Below are positions 28,640-31,090 of a stretch of DNA of 31,090 nt, piece after piece. Both the position numbers and the translations under genes were made by a program. Below the pieces are notes generated by a model. It was not told the origin of the DNA. It saw only the letters and a list, made by a program, of their open reading frames with translations, and did no database searches. Position 1 is the first letter of the stretch, and every line of letters begins with the position of its first letter. Origin of the DNA: an uncultured archaeon (GTDB taxonomy: Archaea; Asgardarchaeota; Heimdallarchaeia; Heimdallarchaeales; Kariarchaeaceae); contig CAZYCQ010000038.1 of NCBI GenBank assembly GCA_964645535.1, positions 1 through 31,090 on the forward strand. Direction: 5' to 3'.

Positions 28640-29616
28640 TTTGGCACCACCTGAATCTTGTAATCTTCAATAAGAGGGTTGGAAAGAAAGCTAAGGCAAA
28701 TTTCGGATAATTCCTTCCTCCAATCTCCAGCAAGGATTTCAGAAGGATAGGAGAGTAAGATCGTTTTCCCCACCACTACTTTTTCCACCGTCTTTGAACC
28801 TAAATTGACGATTCCTCGTTTCACCACATCTCCCGAAGGGTTGGGGACAGTCGCTTTGGGAATCACTTCAATTTGCAGATGGAAAGGTTCAGGTTTGGGA
28901 TCATTTTCCACCGTGCTGATCCTACGCCAGATTTCTTCATAATTCTTCACGACTTCACCCAATCCTTTCCTGAACCGATCCTTATCCAAAATTTCATGTG
29001 TTTCAGCATCCCAGACACGGATTGAATCACCAGATATTTCATCGGCAACATACAATCGACCTTGCTTATCCTTTCCCACTTCAATCTTGAAATCAACCAA
29101 GATAAGACCAGCTTCCTTGAAAAGGGAGGTCAGAACCGAATTGACTCGGAGTGCCGCCGATTCCATCCACTGCAACTCCAATTCGGTTGCCAATCCGAGT
29201 TTCAGGATTACATCCTTGGAAATCAGTGGATCATGCAATTCATCATCCTTGTAGAAGAACTCCACTACAGGAGTATTGAACATGAAGCCCTGCTCATAAC
29301 CATATCGTCTGCAAAAGCTACCTGCGGCAATATTCCGAACCACAACTTCAACAGGCAATATTTCAAGCGCCCTTGCAAGGAAAGTATTTTCGTTGACTTC
29401 CCTTATGAAGTGTGTTGGAATCCCTGCTTTTTCCAACTTTCGAAAGATGAAGGAAGAGGTTTTGCAATTGACTGTCCCTTTCCCTTGCAATCGGTCTCGT
29501 TTCACACCATCTCCAGCCGTAATATCATCCCGGAAATGAACCAGAGCCTCCCCATTTTCCAGTATTTCAACCGATTTGACTTTTCCCCGATAAATTTTTG
29601 TTGTCACACCTTCCAT
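28636..29616 (-). CDS. purC: SAICAR synthetase fused to a C-terminal PurS domain
   Basis: PurC: GKVK, FRDDITAG, PVEVVVRN, KDDELHDP, VDFKIE, ADEISGD, DKDRFR. Last ~82 aa PurS-like: IPK...NPSG...GK...LSNPLIEDY. Start MEGV at 29616 preferred over 29646. Confidence 0.92.
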   Translation of the reverse strand: MEGVTTKIYRGKVKSVEILENGEALVHFRDDITAGDGVKRDRLQGKGTVNCKTSSFIFRKLEKAGIPTHFIREVNENTFLARALEILPVEVVVRNIAAGSFCRRYGYEQGFMFNTPVVEFFYKDDELHDPLISKDVILKLGLATELELQWMESAALRVNSVLTSLFKEAGLILVDFKIEVGKDKQGRLYVADEISGDSIRVWDAETHEILDKDRFRKGLGEVVKNYEEIWRRISTVENDPKPEPFHLQIEVIPKATVPNPSGDVVKRGIVNLGSKTVEKVVVGKTILLSYPSEILAGDWRKELSEICLSFLSNPLIEDYKIQVVPK

Positions 29617-29617
29617 A

Positions 29618-29758
29618 TTACCACAATCTGTAACAAGTACGCGCATCTCTCAATTTTCCCTTAAGAAGATACTCTTGGTTACGCCAATTATTACAAATTT
29701 TTGTAAATTAAGACACTTTCCGAAAGAAATGCCACCCACAAATAACATTTTTTTGTAA
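29618..29758. promoter_or_regulatory. Three palindromic TTACA-N6-TGTAA-like operator boxes
   Basis: TTACCacaatcTGTAA at 29618-29633; TTACAaattttTGTAA at 29691-29706; TAACAttttttTGTAA at 29743-29758. Confidence 0.6.
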
Positions 29759-29813
29759 TTGATTTGCAGCGCATCAATCAATATCCCTAAGAGAAGACCC
29801 CAAATGACAAGGT

Positions 29814-30659
29814 GTGGAAAGCCGCCATTTTTGCCTCATCACTGTTGATGCAGATAGAGACTATCCCATCCACCGAGAAGGACAGATTGAAGCCGTGTCA
29901 GCGGTAACCAAGGACACTCCCGATCAACCTTCAGTTTCAGTAACCATGAAAGGACTTGAAATTATTCTTGACCTTTTCGAAGAATTGGATATCCGAGGAA
30001 CATTTTTCATTGAAGCAAGTATACTCCCGCCAATCAACGCAAGGAGACCAGATCTGCTTAAAAGATTGAATAGGCATGATATAGGAAACCATGGGTATGC
30101 ACATGAAGATTTTACCGGAACATTGACAGGAGTGAAATTGGAACGAAACCGAGTCGAGAGTATCCTGAAACAAGCCATAGCAGAAATTGAAGCCCATTTG
30201 AAAAAACCAAAGGGGTTCAGGGCACCATATCTCAATTTTGATCGACAATTGGCCGAAGCCATCAGTACATGCTTTGATTATGATTCATCAATTACACTGA
30301 AGCAGGCAACTACCTTGAAAGCAACAGCAATTGAAGGGCTGACCATACCTGAATTGCCCCTCATCACCACCAAGGATGCCCAAGGTAAGCCAATCTCAAC
30401 ATATCTGTGGCAGCTACTTGAAGGAAGAAGACCGGTCAAAGATTATTTGAGGATTGTTGCGGAGAAGAAACAGGATCCAAACTTTCCATTCACCATTTTT
30501 GCACTCCATCCATGGCATCTGGCATATCATATCGGGAAGAAAGAAATCCTGAAAACAAGGGATGTAGAGAAAAATAAAAGGAAACTCAAGGAATTCCTCT
30601 CTAAAGCAGAACCCTTCGGGACGGTCGAAGATGCGCTGAGATTAATGGAGACAACATAA
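29814..30659 (+). CDS. Polysaccharide deacetylase (NodB/CE4-like)
   Basis: TVDAD, TFF, HGYAH, GFRAPY, YDSS, LHPW. Confidence 0.88.
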   Translation: MESRHFCLITVDADRDYPIHREGQIEAVSAVTKDTPDQPSVSVTMKGLEIILDLFEELDIRGTFFIEASILPPINARRPDLLKRLNRHDIGNHGYAHEDFTGTLTGVKLERNRVESILKQAIAEIEAHLKKPKGFRAPYLNFDRQLAEAISTCFDYDSSITLKQATTLKATAIEGLTIPELPLITTKDAQGKPISTYLWQLLEGRRPVKDYLRIVAEKKQDPNFPFTIFALHPWHLAYHIGKKEILKTRDVEKNKRKLKEFLSKAEPFGTVEDALRLMETT

Positions 30660-30687
30660 TACGTGACATTTCATCCAAAGTGAGGTA

Positions 30688-30697
30688 GATATAAATA
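30688..30697 (+). promoter_or_regulatory. TATA box of the MFS gene
   Basis: gatataaata about 20 nt before ATG 30718. Confidence 0.5.
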
Positions 30698-30717
30698 GCG
30701 TACACAAATAAAAACAT

Positions 30718-31090
30718 ATGGCGGGCACGGTAGCAGAACCATACGCACGACGTAGCACACCACTTTACATGGTTCCGATCATTGCATTGGGATTTGCAAC
30801 CACGGCATTGACTTGGACAATTTTCAACATTGCGATACCAGTGTATCTTCAAGACGTGTATCAAATCTCCCTAGGTTTGACAGGATTTATCATGACTTGG
30901 GACAACATCATTGCATTCTTTTTGCAACCGTACATTGGTTCGCTTAGTGACAGGACACGAACGCGGTTTGGAAGAAGGATGCCGTATATCATAGTTGGAG
31001 TCATTTTAGGCGCGGGTTTCTTTTACCTGATTCCATATGCCAAGGAGTTCCCATTGTATGTGTTCCTTGGAACCATTGTCCTGTTCAATC
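30718..31090 (+). CDS. MFS sugar transporter (GPH/SLC45-like), 5' part; runs off the right edge
   Basis: Not in the ORF track. MAGTVAEP...IMTWDNIIAFFLQPYIGSLSDRTRTRFGRRMPYI (MFS motif A). Confidence 0.9.
   Translation, partial: MAGTVAEPYARRSTPLYMVPIIALGFATTALTWTIFNIAIPVYLQDVYQISLGLTGFIMTWDNIIAFFLQPYIGSLSDRTRTRFGRRMPYIIVGVILGAGFFYLIPYAKEFPLYVFLGTIVLFN

Noticed and set aside
29062-29664. 200-aa + strand ORF and the other antisense/alternate-frame ORFs within the aro and pur operons
   Set aside because: They overlap well-supported genes and show no recognisable motifs.

Overview
Archaeal chromosomal window, probably Asgard/Heimdallarchaeia-like. This is an inference from the archaeal DKFP-type shikimate pathway, GHMP shikimate kinase, TATA/leaderless starts and a C4H2C2 RING domain. 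It holds two biosynthetic operons. The + strand aromatic operon (1871-9355) runs aroA', aroB', aroD-aroE fusion, aroK, aroA, aroC, asd. The - strand purine operon (20262-29616) runs purC-purS fusion, purQ, purL, purE, purM, folD, purN, purF, purD. Between them lie an AT-rich secreted zincin + beta-propeller pair, DUF4440-like and GIY-YIG genes, an odd pheA, a frameshifted membrane gene, ACT-ACT-serB, and a Dna2-like nuclease-helicase fused to a C-terminal RING finger. Most notable: (1) 530-1780 is a mosaic of gene relics, including a collapsed, diverged, same-order copy of the aro-to-pur block next to it. (2) The pheA chorismate mutase N-terminus has no in-frame canonical start, but would be reached by a +1 slip at a Phe codon, and the enzyme lacks its ACT domain. 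(3) The Dna2-RING fusion. (4) Three TTACA-N6-TGTAA-like boxes upstream of the pur operon. All calls are by manual motif reading; no searches were run.
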